DNA of 64,000 bases from Eledone cirrhosa (taxonomy: Eukaryota). The notes below the pieces were generated by a model. That model made no database searches. It was not told where the DNA came from and saw only the letters and a list, made by a program, of their open reading frames with translations. The position numbers and the translations under genes were made by a program. Below are positions 1-14,399 of the stretch, piece after piece. Within the stretch, counting starts at the first letter, position 1, and the number at the start of each line of letters is the position of its first letter. The stretch is from NCBI GenBank assembly GCA_964016885.1, contig OZ024741.1:378510001-378574000 (forward strand), in the 5' to 3' direction.

Positions 1-132
1 CTAGCAGAACAAGATAATTGCCACTGTAAAGAAATGCACAATCTTAACTATAATAAAAGCAGGACTGCTGGTCAGCTTCCAGAATGTATTTTTTAATCCC
101 GTTAGTAAAATAAGTTGGATTACTTTGAATAG

Positions 133-272
133 ATAATTGTTTCTACTTTAGGCACAAGGCCAGCAATTACCCAGTTCATTACTGGTACTTTATTTTATCG
201 ACCCCGTAAGGATGAAAGGCAAAGTCAACCTCGGCGGGATTTGAACACAGATCGTAAAGGGACGTAACTATG
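133..272 (-). mobile_element. tRNA-derived SINE (Nin/Deu-like central domain), 5'-truncated
   Basis: Minus strand reads B-box GTTCAAATCC, then CGCCGAGGTTGACTTTGCCTTTCATCCTTACGGGGTCGATAAAATAAAGTACCAGT, then GCTGGCCTTGTGCCTAAAGTAGAAACAATTAT; about 7 copies in the window. Confidence 0.8.
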
Positions 273-490
273 GTGGAATAATGAATGAATATTACAACAG
301 TTATCTACTCCATTTCGTGACAAATGATTAATCAAAAATAGCTTTATTGCATATTTCAAGATTCACTTATTTTAAAAGATTCATATTTCAATACGTCCGG
401 TATATCGCCACCACCACCAAATATACATGTATAAATAGACAGAGCGAGAAAGAAAGAGAGTGTGCGAAGAGAGATACCAAGTGACAATGT

Positions 491-721
<231 letters not shown>

Positions 722-1499
722 TAGATAGTGAAATAGAATTTCAGCTGTTTGTAAACAAAGGTCATTTAGAAAACAACGCTAAGCTCTTTACCTTTCTCTC
801 TCTCTCTATATATATATATATATCCAGGGGGTGTAACTTGGTGTAAAGGGTCCGTCGAGCTGCCGATCATTGAGACGGGTAGAATCGATACAGATCGGAC
901 CATGAGGTGATCAGTGGCGAAACGCGCGTCACCTACGAATAAATATAATGAAGGAGTAACCAATCGTCCTTGTCATTCTTTCAATATATATATATATATA
1001 TACGTGTGTGTGTGTGTGTATATATATATAGATATATAGTTATAGGAATAACCAAAGAGTGCTTAGAAATACATTGTTTTATTAGCTAATACACCATACA
1101 CCATGACAGGAATCTTCAGTGCCTATAAACATGAGTATATCAGTAGTTGCATGCTCCATCGAGCTGCGTCACCAAAACAATGTTAAATGACCAGCAGGGG
1201 AGTCCCGCGGCTAACGTTATATGGAAAAAGACATGAATAAATGATGCACATAATGTCATAAAATGTCTTAAAAATTTAAAATTTAAAAATTAAAATTAAA
1301 AATGACACCAAAAATGTATCACTTAGATCAGTGATCGCCAACCTTTCTAAAACCGAGGAACCCTCTAAATATTTTGAATTCTTCACGGAACCTATACAAT
1401 TCAAAACCTTTAAAAAAAAAAAAATAAAGTATTTATTTATTTTAGTGTTTCATGCGTGTGTATGTAATCGAACACAATTAACTAGTGGCTTTTCTGCTG

Positions 1500-3363
1500 C
1501 TGCGCCTCATCAGTGAGTTTAGAAAATCGAGGTTCAACACTAGTTAATGCCAGTCTCATACACTCGTCAATTGCTAACAGTTTATTCATCTTCTTTGTGC
1601 AGATTTCTACAAACTGCGAAAACCCTTCGCACAAGTATCTAGATGGGAATAAAGTAAAATACTTCAATGCAAGTTGGCTGATTTCATTAACTACCCAATC
1701 AAGAATAAGTCGATCCATAGTTCTTCCTTTCTGCTTTCGAATATCACTTCCAGGTCTTCGTTTGAATTCAAATCCATCAACTGATGTAAGCATTGTGCAG
1801 TCAGTAAATTGTTACAATTTCCAGCGTCATTTTCTGACACTAACTGCTCGATCTCGGTGAACGGGTTTTTTATCCATACATTTCCGCTAACAATATCTTT
1901 TTCCATCAAGTCAAAATAATCTGAAAAACTTCTGGAACGCACATTTAAATGAGAAAGAATAATCTTTCATTAGATTGCTGGAGTAAAAATCTTCTCTCTT
2001 TTTAAGCTCTATTTCAAGGTTTGAAAGTAATGAGTAATTGTCCGATTCAATGTTTAATTTTGATTGAAAATATGTAATAAAATTGATTGAAGTAAACATA
2101 TCTGCATTGTTACCCTGAAGACACTTATTTAGTTTGTTCAGTTCCCCAAAAATGTCTACTAAATAAGCGAGTTGCACATTCCATTCATTGGTTTCTAATA
2201 CACTTGCTCTTTTATCATTCTGTTTTTTTAGGAAAACTATTATTTCTTCTCTCAGTTCAAAAACTCTCTTCATAGCATCCCCAAAAGACAGCCAACGCAC
2301 ATCATTGTTCAATAACAATCTATTATAATTACTTCCATAAGATTCACAAATAGATTCAAACACTCTAGAACTTTTTGCTCTTGCATGGATCAAATTGATA
2401 ATTTTGACAATGTCTTTCAGCTGGTAATTTAATATTTGAGCATCTCTGTCTTTGAATTTCTTTGAACACAACACCTCTCAATGAATCATACAATGATTTG
2501 AAATACAATTTGGGGTATGTTCTTTAATTTTTGCAATCAAACCAGAATTTGTACCACTCATTGCAGCTGATCCATCTGTTGTTATTGAAGTCAACTTGCT
2601 CCAAGATACACCATTTTTTTTAAAAATACTCTTCAATTTTATTGAATATATCTTGACCTTTAGTTGTGATGTGTAATACCAGACAAAACAAATACTCTTC
2701 TACTAATTCTTTTTTATCAAGGTCTACAAACCGTACATAGCAAATTAATTGAACCTTGTTATTAATATCCGTAGTTTCGTCCACTTGCAGACCAAAACAT
2801 GTGCTTTTCTTTAGTGCAGTTAGTATCTGATTTTCTATATCAGAAAAAATATCAATTATCCTTCTTTTTACGGTATTTGCTGACAATGGTAACTGGCGTA
2901 AATTTTCTTTGTCCTTAATACTGCAGCTTTCAAAAAGATTCTCTATAGCAATTTTTGTACTTGGCAGAATTAACTGTTCTCCTAATGTAAATGGTTTCTT
3001 GTTTTTGCCAATCAAATGTGAAATTTCAAAAGATGTTCTTGTTAAAGCTTTATTTCTATCTGACCTTTTACAAAACAAGTCATACATATTAGCTTGTGAA
3101 TTTTTGATGTTGTTTTTCAGCGAAGTAAAGTATTCCAATGACTTGCTTTTATCATTGGTGTGATTAGTATCAAGGTGTCTTTTAAGTTTTGCAGGATTTA
3201 AACAGCTATTTGATAGAACCTTTGAACATAGCAAACACATGGGCTGATCTGGTGTATCTTTTTTAGTGTCAGCTTTTTGAAATCCATATCTAACATAATC
3301 ATCACACCACTGTCTAACCTTACTGCTGGTATCTAACTTCAGCTTCTTTGCAGTAGACATCAT
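1500..3363 (-). pseudogene. hAT transposase (BED finger + DDE; SCAND3/ZBED8-like) with frameshifts and stops
   Basis: BED finger PMCLLCSKVL...LKRHLDTNH, DETTD, TTDGSAAM, HCMIH*E, VRWLS and YLCEGFS, spread over ORF pieces 2620-3363, 1911-2474, 1691-1942 and 1482-1793. Confidence 0.9.
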
Positions 3364-3827
3364 ATCAAGGTTATTTATCTACAGTTAACATTTTTAATAT
3401 GACATTAATAAACAAGAGAACTTTTTTTTTTTTATTACAAAAAGTACTTAAATTAACTTTAATTTTAGATATTTGGAAAAACTTAACTAGTTAAAAAAAA
3501 ATTTTAGTTTTTAAAAATTGAAATTTCTCCATTTTAGGATGGCAAACATATTATTTAAAGTCTTATAATGATATTAAAATATTAGGGGTTACTGAAAAAG
3601 GTGCAAATTTATAAACAACTAGAAGAAATCTTTTTCAGAGTCCAGCACTTTCTGCATATATTACTTTAGGGTCGTATTAAATATTATTGGTAATGTAAAT
3701 ATATTTAAATATCCGCCATACTAAAAGGTGTTTAAAAATGCAAATCACCTGATAGTGTAGAAGATGTGACGACGGTATTGGAAATTAATTCAGATATCTT
3801 CTATCTATTTTGACTCAGAGTTAGATA

Positions 3828-3925
3828 TAATTGTTTCTACTTTAGGCACAAGGCCAGCAAATACCCAGTGCATTACTGGAACTTTATTTTATCGACCCCA
3901 TAAGGATGAAAGGCAAAGTCAACCT
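3828..3925 (-). mobile_element. SINE fragment nested in the hAT element
   Basis: Same central and 3' sequence as the copy at 133-272. Confidence 0.75.
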
Positions 3926-4183
3926 TCAAAGTTAGATATAATATAAGAAGGCTTTAGGCTGCGTTAAACATATATTAGATTGGAACAAATAAAGTTTAGT
4001 CAAATGTTTGTGGACATATATATTTATTGTATAAAGTAATTTCTCAATTGTGAATGCAGATGTCATCAAATGAATACATAATTGTGTGGCAAAGTTTATA
4101 GTGTATGCATGGAATACAAAATGACCTTTGTTAGTAGTCGAAACTTTACAGGCGTTGTATTTTCTGTGCAAAGTACAACATAA

Positions 4184-4653
4184 TGTAACGTGTTCTTATT
4201 TAGAATTGTCTGTAGAACTGGATGCATGTTGAAAACGACTAGTAAACGAGTTCACTCTGTGAGGAAACTTTAGGCGACTTTAAAGCTTTTGTGAGGACAG
4301 CAGATTAAAACGTGTTCTCTATTGAAAACATTCTACTGAACTTACGTTGTGAGAACAGCGAACTGACCCTGCCTCTCGGCTGAGAGACCTCGCTGAACTG
4401 AAGTTTTCAGTTTAAAGTTATGCTGTTATCGACCAACATTTACTTGTTCGAGATTGGTCAATTTCTAAGTTCAATTAGTGTACTATCTGTAGTAGTCTCG
4501 GAATTCAGAACATTATGTCTTTCCAAGTATTGATGTGGAATTGAAAGTATTCGATTTTCACGAATCTCAGAACAGTGTTTTTCTGCTCATTCAAGTGAGA
4601 AACTGAAAGTAGTGCTTTCCACGAATTCGAGTGGAGAACATGTGTACACTACA
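4184..4653. mobile_element. Possible solo LTR
   Basis: 470-bp segment bounded by TGTAAC...ACTACA, with near-matching 4-bp flanks ATAA/ATAG and an internal ATTAAA; no second copy in the window. Confidence 0.3.
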
Positions 4654-4835
4654 ATAGTACTCGTTCATTTATACATTGCACCTTTGGCATTTTCTTTGCA
4701 CCTTTTTCAGAAAACCCAAAATATTAATGGTAATGTAAATATTTAATTTTTTTAAGGAACCCGTAGTTTGTTTTACGGAACCCCAATGTTCCGCGGAACG
4801 GATGTTGGCGACCACTGGTCTAGTATATATATATA

Positions 4836-5062
4836 TATCACAGAAAAAAGAGAATCCATGTTGCGACGAAAGGAATTTATTGGACATATTACATAGGAAA
4901 ATCTGCTTCGTAGAATCGAGACGTATCCGACGTCCGTGTCGATTTCAGAGTCAGGTGTGATCACCATATCGATCGTGCCTCGAGCTGGTCGCCCGAGAAA
5001 CATTTGTAATATGTCCAATATATTCCGTTCGTCGTAACACTGATTCTCCTTTTTCTGTGATA
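4836..5062 (+). repeat. Imperfect inverted repeat (about 58-bp arms) with the 3' half of a hammerhead, Penelope-type remnant
   Basis: TATCACAGAAAAAAGAGAATC...GGACATATTACA is inverted at 5005-5062; GAAACATTTGTA at 4997-5008 is identical to the hammerhead 3' core of the Penelope pLTR at 41237-41348. Confidence 0.55.
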
Positions 5063-5161
5063 TCATAGACTGCTAACGAGGAGGGCATTGAGGGCTCATA
5101 CGGCCTACCGCATACGGACGCTTTAAGCATCCAACACCAATTATATATATATATATATATA

Positions 5162-5238
<77 letters not shown>

Positions 5239-5250
5239 TATATATATAAA

Positions 5251-5296
<46 letters not shown>

Positions 5297-6729
5297 TTGT
5301 ATTTCTTTTTTTAAATTCACCGATACCGGCATCATAACGTTCTAATTAATCCAGTGTATATCTCTATACTGAAATATTTAACCAAAATATCAATTGAAGT
5401 TTCAAATGGGTAATGTAAGTTTAAACATTCATATGTCTAATTAATGCAGATAAACCATTTCCTGTTCAGATGTTCTCATTGAATATTTACATACGTAGAA
5501 TGATATATAGAACATTGAATCCCTATGATCTATGACGGAACACATATATATTTTTATGACCAGTTTACATACTTTCATTGTTAAAATTGAAAACAATTGC
5601 TGAGCTCAAATTTTCTTTTAAAAAACCTTATTTAAGATGTGTAACTTAGCTGAAAGTTTTGGGGAGATACATATGTATTCCCTTAAAACGAATCGCGTGT
5701 CAATATAGGTAATATTTTCAGAGGCAATGCATTACTTCATAAAATATGCATGACATGGCGCAACGTAGAATTAAGTCAATAGGGAAGTATATTTAATCCA
5801 TAGATGCTTATCAAGCCCCTTTCGTAGCATGCTGTCCTTCTATGTAGTTAAGTGCTTTGGATAATTTAAATTTCATTTATCAAGTGTGTACACCTGAGGG
5901 TTTAACAACACCCTTCTAATATTGGGAAAGATGTTCTGTCAAAGTATAGGAGGATCCTTTGAAATTGGTGTCGTATTGCATATTATTAAAATCTGCGCCA
6001 GTTGCACCAGAAAATACTAAATACATATCTAAGTGGATTACAGAATAAGCAGTTTGTTGGTGATGTATATTGATTCGCAAAAATCGTTAAGTGTAATAGA
6101 GCTAAGGAATCAATTTAGAATAGAATGTTCTGTTGCCATGTCCATATCTAACAGCACTTAAATCTTTTGATTTATTCAGACGATACATGTTGAAAGTAAT
6201 AAAGATGTAAATTTATCTCGGAGAACAACTATAATATATGTACCACAAGAACAATTTGGAATAAGTGGCTGGCTCAGAAATGTTACCGATGGTTTGCATA
6301 CACTAAACATCGCAACATAAACTTGCTTTGACAGATGATGTATAACAGAACTCTCACTAACTATGCCAGAATTGGAATATAATTGTTAAAACAATGCTAA
6401 CGAAATTGTTATTGGTGATAGGATGTCCCTGATACAATGGCTGCTGGCGATGATGATACGAGAAGGCGATGATATCGGCTGGCTTTAGTATTAATAGTAG
6501 TGGCGTTGTAGTTAGTGTTAAAATTAAGAATTAAGACAAATCCTACGTAAAACACAAGCCTGCCATTTTGTAAATAAAGTTTGACTGCAGTACACTAAAA
6601 TCAATATTACTTCATGCTAAGGTAGTGATTGTTGTACATGTACTGTCTCAAAGATACATACTTAAAAATCATTTGAGTTTTATCTCCACCCGCTCTATTT
6701 CTCCCACACAATCTTTCTCTTTCCTTATA

Positions 6730-6818
<89 letters not shown>

Positions 6819-7661
6819 ATAAATGTGTGCGTGTGCATGCCTGTGTGTATTCGTATGATGAAGAAATTGTCCCTCGAGGTAGATATATGTTTTATGGCTT
6901 GTGTAATCTTAAGGCTTAAACGATCTTTAAAAAGGATATATATGTGCGTGCGTGAGTGTGTGTGTGAGTGTGTGTGTGTGTGTATATATATATATCATCA
7001 ATTCCACCCAAGATTTTTCTTTGATTTTATTTGTGACTGGTAAGCTCTTTCATGAAACAGATGCTATCGACATAAAATATTTTAATCTGAAAGCAATTCC
7101 TCCTGTTATAGTCAATAGTTTCCCACATGAGAATGCAAAATCACTGTCGTTTGGGTATTACATTATAAATAGTAATGTGTTTCAATATCATACGTTATTG
7201 ATTAAATTCGGCATTCTATTACGAAGACCGTTGAAGTATGAGATTCTCTAGTGCGTTGGATTTACTACTTTACAGTATTCATTCCGCATATCAGCAATGC
7301 GCGTTCAAATCTCACCCAGTTCAACGTGGTTTTTGATCCCTTCGACGTAGTCGAAAAATCTACTATTCCACTACTGGGAGAAGGTTTTCTCTATATTTCT
7401 TTCTCACCTGTTATCCCGCACCTATTCTCCCTTTTTTTTGTTACAACGATGATAACACATTCCATCAAAGGTTGAGGACTTGGTGAATCAAGCAACGATT
7501 CAATTAAAACAATGGTTATCCTTACTGCGTGACTTTCCTCACAGAAATGACATCGTAATAAAGGGAGTGTAACGTGCAGTTACTGTAGGTTCATCCGACT
7601 GAGCACTTGATGCGTAGTTTCCAGTGTTTAAACAAGTGTAGGACTAAGCAGACTGTAAATA

Positions 7662-7882
7662 TAATAATAATTTATGATATAGGCACAAGGGCTGTAATTT
7701 GGGGGGAGGGGAAAGTCGATTAAATCGACCCCAGTGCGGTACTGGTGCTTTATTTTATCGACCCCGCAAGGATGAAAGACAACGTTAACCTCGGCGTGAT
7801 TTGAACTCAAGCCGTAACGGACCGTAACTCTATGATGCAATGCATGGTGTCCGACTCTACAGATACTGCCAATCCACCGCCC
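7662..7882 (-). mobile_element. Full-length tRNA-derived SINE
   Basis: Minus strand: GGCGGTGGATTGGCAG (A-box-like), GAGTTCAAATC (B-box), Nin/Deu-like core, CCTTGTGCCTAT and an (ATT)n tail. Confidence 0.85.
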
Positions 7883-7896
7883 TAGAGTGTAAATAT

Positions 7897-8004
7897 AATA
7901 ATTGTTTCTACTTTAGGCACAAGGCTAGCAAAAACCCACTGTATTACTGGTACTTTATTTTATTGACCCCGTAAGGATGAAAGGCAAAGTTAACCTCGGC
8001 GGGA
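7897..8004 (-). mobile_element. SINE 3' fragment
   Basis: Same family, adjacent to the previous copy. Confidence 0.75.
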
Positions 8005-9383
8005 TAAAGGACGATTTGTTAAGTCTTCATAACGTTTATTGAGTAGTGACACGCGTTTTTGCGTGGATCCCATGCCTCCCAAAACATATCACAAGCCCAT
8101 TTCTTAAAACATCTTTTTATCATTTTATTATTATTACTTTTCCATTTGTAGTCTATATAACAGTACTGTTTGTTAATGTCGTATATTCAATCCGAAACCA
8201 AATCATGTCTATTTGTAATGTTTTGTATGGAAAATGTTTGTTTTATTTTACATTCATAAGGTATTAGACCAATATGTTTATTTTATTTAATATGCCCTTC
8301 TATTTTGAATCATTCTATGTTGGCACTCCTACTAATTAATTACTAGCTCGGGAGCTTGGACTCTTTGCATGTGATCACTTCCTAAAATTTACAAATCTAT
8401 GTTTCAGCCGTTCACCTCCCCCAGTATCCAGTCAATACTTGTTACAGATGATAATGGAATCCCTGAGGTAATAACATTTGCTGTCTTCACGTGATTACTA
8501 AGGAGGCTATAAAATAATCACAGTTTTCAATAGCCACCTTGTGACGAATAAATGTTTATTGTATATTTCCTTATATTTGCATCTACGTTTATATTTGCAA
8601 TCTGTAAATGGTTGCAAATTAAGAGATGAATGTCGAATAATAAACCATTTCAAGTGGGACCCTTGAACAAACCTTTTGTTTCAGTTTGTATATTATGGCG
8701 AATACCATAGCATTCCGGTGTTCATTAGATGGAAATAAAACATCGATATCAGAATGTACTAGCTCTAGTTTATTAGGATCAACATGTAATTATAGAATGC
8801 ACTTGGAATTGGACATAAATAATCGAAAGCCTTGTATATTACAAAGGAAATAATAATTAATATGAAAGGAAAATGACTCATTATTAAAGCATACTATCAG
8901 TTATGTTTATTTTCATGGCATCTGTATAATGCATTAAGTCGTGTTTCGATGTTTTTCCATAAAGTAATATACATCTGATTACTGTAGTGCTTGTAAACAC
9001 TTTCAGATATTCTGTGTTAGAGTGCTCCATATTTTTTGTTTTCACATCACATAATTGTTTTACAAGTAGATTTCTTAGCTGATTATAAAACTGACAATGC
9101 TAACAAGGAGACAAACATTTCAACCACTTCTCCCGACAAAACTAAGGTTTAATAAAACCAATTTTATAATAGTAGCGGTATAAAGATCCCTTTGCAAAAT
9201 AACGCCGAATTTCTTCCATCACGAATTTCACGAAAAAAAAAAGGAGAATATATATTTATATAAAAATGATAACATTGAAATCATTGTATATGCGATGCAC
9301 GTCTCAATCACGTGCTCTGCGTTAAATAATAATACAATGAGGTCCCACACGTCATATAATTGTTTTGATTATAGGCCCATGTA

Positions 9384-9592
9384 GGGCAGTTGATTGGCAT
9401 TATTGGGAGAGGGTCGGACGCCATGCATCGTACCATAGAATTACGACCCTTTATGATCTGTGTTCAAATCCCGCCGTAGTTAACTTTGCCTTTCATCTTT
9501 ACAGGGTCGATAAAATAAAGTGCATGTCACGCACTGGGGCCGATTTCATCGACTAAAAAATTGCTGGCCTTGTGCCTATATAAGAAACCATT
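9384..9592 (+). mobile_element. tRNA-derived SINE
   Basis: GTTCAAATCCCGCCGTAGTTAACTTTGCCTTTCATC...GCTGGCCTTGTGCCTATATAAGAAAC. Confidence 0.8.
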
Positions 9593-10368
9593 ATACACCT
9601 ATCTGACCTTTTAATATAGCGAATGATCTTCTATCATGAACACACGCCAGCAAGCATCAGCAGAGTGAATATAATTTTGCGCTACATGATTGGTTGTGTA
9701 AGCTTTCTCTTATTATTTATTTTCAACGTACATGCATGCATATAGTAATCCATACAGTCACACACACATGCACACACGCACGCACGCACACACACACATA
9801 CACACACACACATATATATATATAACAAGTGAGATATGGGTGAGGGAGAGACAAAGCGGTGTATTTTCAACTTAGTGCAAATGAAATAAAATTCAGTGGT
9901 GTATCTGCTGGTAAACAATATACATCTTTCATATTGAACAGTTTGATACGTATTCACGTGTGGAAATACATCACAAAACCTATATTGTAATCATATATAT
10001 TCTTTAATTCCAAAATTCACTTATTTACTTGACATACATCACGTCTATTGTCACATTTCCGGTTAGTAGCATTTTTTCCCATTTGCATTATTTGCTCATG
10101 ATTCTATGTGGTTTTCCAGCGCATGCCTGTGGTTGTTACATTACTATTGTTCGGCGTCCTTTGATTCACGATAACCAAGTAAATAGATAAAAATCATCGC
10201 ATGGTTTGTTAGGTGTATACAATTGTATGTGTCACCATGCCCCCCCCCCACACACATATATCTATATTTATATAAGCTTGAGTATTTGTTTGTAAGTATA
10301 TAAATCTGTCTGTGTGTATTATATTTCTAGTATATATGATATATATATATATATAAATATATATATAT

Positions 10369-11523
10369 AGGAACAAGTATGACCCCGACGGCTGAGCTCA
10401 AGACTTTTCGACGGCTATTTCTGGACGAAATAAGAATTGTTAACCTGGTAAATAAATAGCCGAACTTCTCAGTGTGTATTTTCTTATTTGGGAAGATAGT
10501 AATTGTCGAGAGGATTGGTCAAATGTTTGTTGTAAAGACAGATGAATGTATCATGGCATTTGGTGTGAGGTAGGGGTGGCTGAACTTGCTGGTAGAACAA
10601 AGAGGGAGTGGGGGAAACCCAGTCAAGCGTTGAAAGTGAAATCTATACAGTAGATTCTAAGGATATTGTATAAAAGGTCGAAACAAGTGTACTGGAGGAG
10701 AAGAGGGGGTGGGAGTTGAAAGAATAGGTAGATCGAAAGGGAGTAAAAAAAAAACCATCATAAAAATAAGGAAATTAATACATAAAAAAAAATATCTGGT
10801 TACTACTCCATTTCCACAATCACCAAACCTCTCATTGGTATTACTAAGCTATAGAAAAGTTTAATAGGTGGAGAATGGGAACAATACTAAATACGAGATA
10901 GTAGTGAAAGAATTTATAAAGCTGGCTTTACAGGGCGTCTAACACCACTGCTATAGATATTTAGTAATCAGCCAATGCTATCTTACAATGTCAGGTTAAT
11001 AAGTTGAGAACAAAAATACTAAAATACTACTACTAAAATACTAATACAAAATATTAATACAAAAATACTAATACACAAATACTAATACAAAAATTCTAAT
11101 AGAAAAATACTAATACAAAAATACAACTAAGAAATTTAGAAACCACAGAAATGGAGCAGCAACCAGAAAGAATGCTATATGCTACATATGCTATACATAT
11201 TGGCCAATTCTATCTTTAACCTTTCATTGTAAGATAGCATTGGCTGATTACTAAATATCTATAGCATTGGTGTTAAACCCCCTGTAAAGCCGGCTTTATA
11301 AAATACTTTCACTACTATCTCGTATTTAGTATTGTTCCCATGAGAAGTTCGGCTATTTATTTACCAGGCTAAACATTCTTATTTAGTCCAGAAATAGCCG
11401 TCGAAACTGCTTGAGCTCTGCCGTCGGGGTCATACTTGTTCCTATTACCCACTCTACTACCCTAAGTATTGAGAATGTTGGTGCGTTATGGTCCATCTGG
11501 TTCCTTACCACAATTCCTTCGTT
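10369..11523 (+). mobile_element. Fold-back non-coding element in (TA)n with a degenerate hammerhead (Penelope pLTR-like)
   Basis: 10369-10471 is inverted at 11341-11443, and 10876-10990 at 11225-11340; stem CGGCTATTT/AAATAGCCG followed by GAAAC...GTC GGGGT; TA repeats on both flanks. Confidence 0.6.
11017..11130. repeat. Degenerate minisatellite (AATACTAATACAAA)n
   Basis: About 7 imperfect 13-15 bp units. Confidence 0.7.
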
Positions 11524-12239
11524 ATATATATATATGTATGTGTGTATTTGAGTGTGTGTGTGTGTGTGCGTGTGTGTGTGTTTGTGTGTGTGTGTGTGCG
11601 TGTGTGTGTATGTGTGTATGTGTGTGTATATGTGTGTATGGGTGTGCGTCCTTTCTCGTGTTTGTGAATAAACTTAAAATATTCCGTTCAACAAAGTAGA
11701 AGTATGCTTAAAACCTACAGAGTTTTGCAAATTTTGAATGCATCTTATGTATATACAAGAGAATGTAGCACAGTTGCATAATTAGGAGTATGTAATTAAC
11801 GTTACGTGCTTTATACATGCGATATCCAACTGAAATATAAAATATTGATCTCTGAGAATGAAACAACACACACCTTCATTTGCTTAGCCAAACACTCTTG
11901 ATATTTTTCCATATGTTTCAAAGTATATCCTAAGTATTTTCTGAGTTCAGGCATCAGAATTCTAAACTCTTTACAAAACGCAACTCTTCTGTTCTCTGCT
12001 GTTGTTATTGACTTGTCAACATCTAAACCAATCATGGCCAACCTAGCTTTCTGAATGGCTCGCCAAAGTCACCTAAATGAAATCTTTCTGTTTTTTACGC
12101 CCAACTATTGAGTCGTAATTCATACTTGTCTCATTTTTACGATCGAAGGAAACAACGTGTACGAATTCTGAAAAAAAAACAACTCAAAATAACTTGAGTT
12201 ACCACCCTTTTTTTTCCTGTGGAGACGAATGTAAATTAA

Positions 12240-12310
12240 CGTCCGCGGCCCACCCGATGATGAGCTATATCTCATGCGGTCCGCTTCCCGTAAAAGGTTG
12301 CCCATTCCTG
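12240..12310. mobile_element. Isolated hAT/Charlie-type MITE end
   Basis: AAAAGGTTGCCCATTCCTG followed by ATCTAAAC (NNNTANNN), with GCGGCCC/GCGGTCC subterminal motifs; partner end not found. Confidence 0.45.
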
Positions 12311-14399
12311 ATCTAAACCGTCGTCGACGTTATCTTCTCTCTATGCCCCCCCCCCCAAAATATAGAGATTCGTCTTATCGACTTTCGATTAGGTATCTGC
12401 TTAAATGTACTACAACATTGGCAGGAGTTTCATAGCTTATATTTTCAGTAAATTGTGCTCACACTATTTTCAAACTTTCAACATTATAAAAGAATATGTA
12501 CTTAGTCTTACTAAAGATTTTCTGAAGATTATAGAGACCATATACATCGTTTTCGGTAATATATTATGTCCCTTCCAGTAGCAATTAACTATAATCATAT
12601 TATGCAGATTACATATATGAAATTAGATAATATTTATTGACTACAGACTGGACATATTTCAAACTTTCGAAAACCAGACTGAATGATAAAATAAGTACCT
12701 ATTAAAGATTCAATAAGTTGTTGTATAAATGCCAAATATGAATACACTCAATTTACTGGAAACAATTAATAATAAATAGATTAATATTTCGTTGCTTATT
12801 AGAAATATTTAATTTTGCAACGTAGTGGGGTTTTTTCTGTAACCGTTGTTCCAATTTTTTTTTCGCAATCCTTAACATTTCAGAGATATGAGTGTATTGC
12901 AAATACCTCAAATATTCATATTTCTTATATTTTGGTGGTAGTCTATTTTTATGTCAGTACCGGTTGAATGTCGACCCACGATGTAATTTAAAGCAATCAT
13001 GAAACACCATTGAACTGAAAACTCTGTGATTGATTCACAGAGAAACACATTGAAAATATATTCGTCGTTACGAAAATAATTGAGTCTTTTATAGCGAGGC
13101 TACCCATATGATTGTTATATATAAAAGAGGGGAATGTCGTTATATGCATTTTCAGATACGAACCTATGCTACCAGTCTTAGTTGGCGGCCATTGGCAAGA
13201 GTTCTGCGACTCAAGGGTATTTTACATGAAATTCTATGTTATAATTTTTTAATGCAACCGACATCTTTAACGTTATTTCTGCTCTTCACATTTTTTTATA
13301 AAAGCACAAACTGATATATTTACATTTAAACGATAACTTCTCCGGATATTGTTGATTATTCAATTTCTACATGTTCCTGTCACTTTCAAAACCGACTCTC
13401 CATGTTTCTGAATTACAGTGTTTCCATTCAATAGAATAATAAGCTATGCCGACTTATATTGCCTAGTCAATCTTTAGTGAATTATATTTTTCATAGGCAT
13501 TCCTTTCTGATCGTTATATATTGCGAAGTTACTTCATATTTGTTGAATCCCTATGAATAATTGAAACATACCTATGTTGTACACGTTTCTTTACATTTAT
13601 ATCATGAAACAAAGTCAATGCAGGTGTAACTGAAGACAAATTGAAGTATGAAATGCTTTCACAAATAAGAAATCTGCTGGGAAGGGAGCCTTTTGTAGGC
13701 ACTGATGAAAAATAGTAAAGATGTCCATATAGCTTTAAGGTGTGACTTAAATATCTCCACGGGGAAATACAATTTATAATAGCTAAGCATCTATATTGGG
13801 GAAACATGGATTTGTGCACAGATCGTCATATAAACAGATCCGCAAATCCTAGGAAGTGAGGATCGAATATTAGTAGTCAGCATAATAATAGATGAACGAT
13901 CAACACTTGTATATATCATTAATAACCCGAGGTGACTCATGATGAATCTTACTTTATGTCGAAATGTAAATACAGAAATAACAGTGTAGGTAATCTGTTT
14001 AAATTGATTGAAACCATCAATTCAGAAATACGTTATAACAATAGCTACACATAAAAATATATACTCCCCTATCCAGAGAACAACATTGACTTCAAAATAA
14101 ATCATTCAATATATTCACAACGTGCCAAATAAAACTATACTTTGAGATTGCTGGGAAAGTACTATATGATTTATTACTAATACGACGCACATTTCCAAAT
14201 ATATATTCAGGCAAAATTACAGAGAAAAAAAAGCCGCTAAGGGTCTTTCGAGATTTTACCGTATGCACTCCAGAGGAGAAAGTAGGACTACTGACTATTT
14301 TCCACTAAAATCAAAAATCTAAGCTCGCATGGAGTGTTATTAATGAAACTACTGTAAGAAAGAAATCCAACCACGGTAAGTGGTAAGCTGAAAGCCCCA

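Larger units (their letters stand above)
1329..4817 (-). mobile_element. hAT DNA transposon, Buster/Charlie group, decayed
   Basis: TIRs CAGTGATCGCCAAC (1329) and GTTGGCGACCACTG (ends 4817); repeated subterminal (C/A)GGAACC motifs at both ends; both 8-bp flanks are NNNTANNN (ACTTAGAT, GTCTAGTA) but not identical; internal transposase pseudogene. Confidence 0.8.

Noticed and set aside
5400-6400. Faint RT-like peptide traces (also near 11810-12120 and 48940-49060)
   Set aside because: Too degenerate to call by eye; probably ancient LINE debris, needs a profile HMM search
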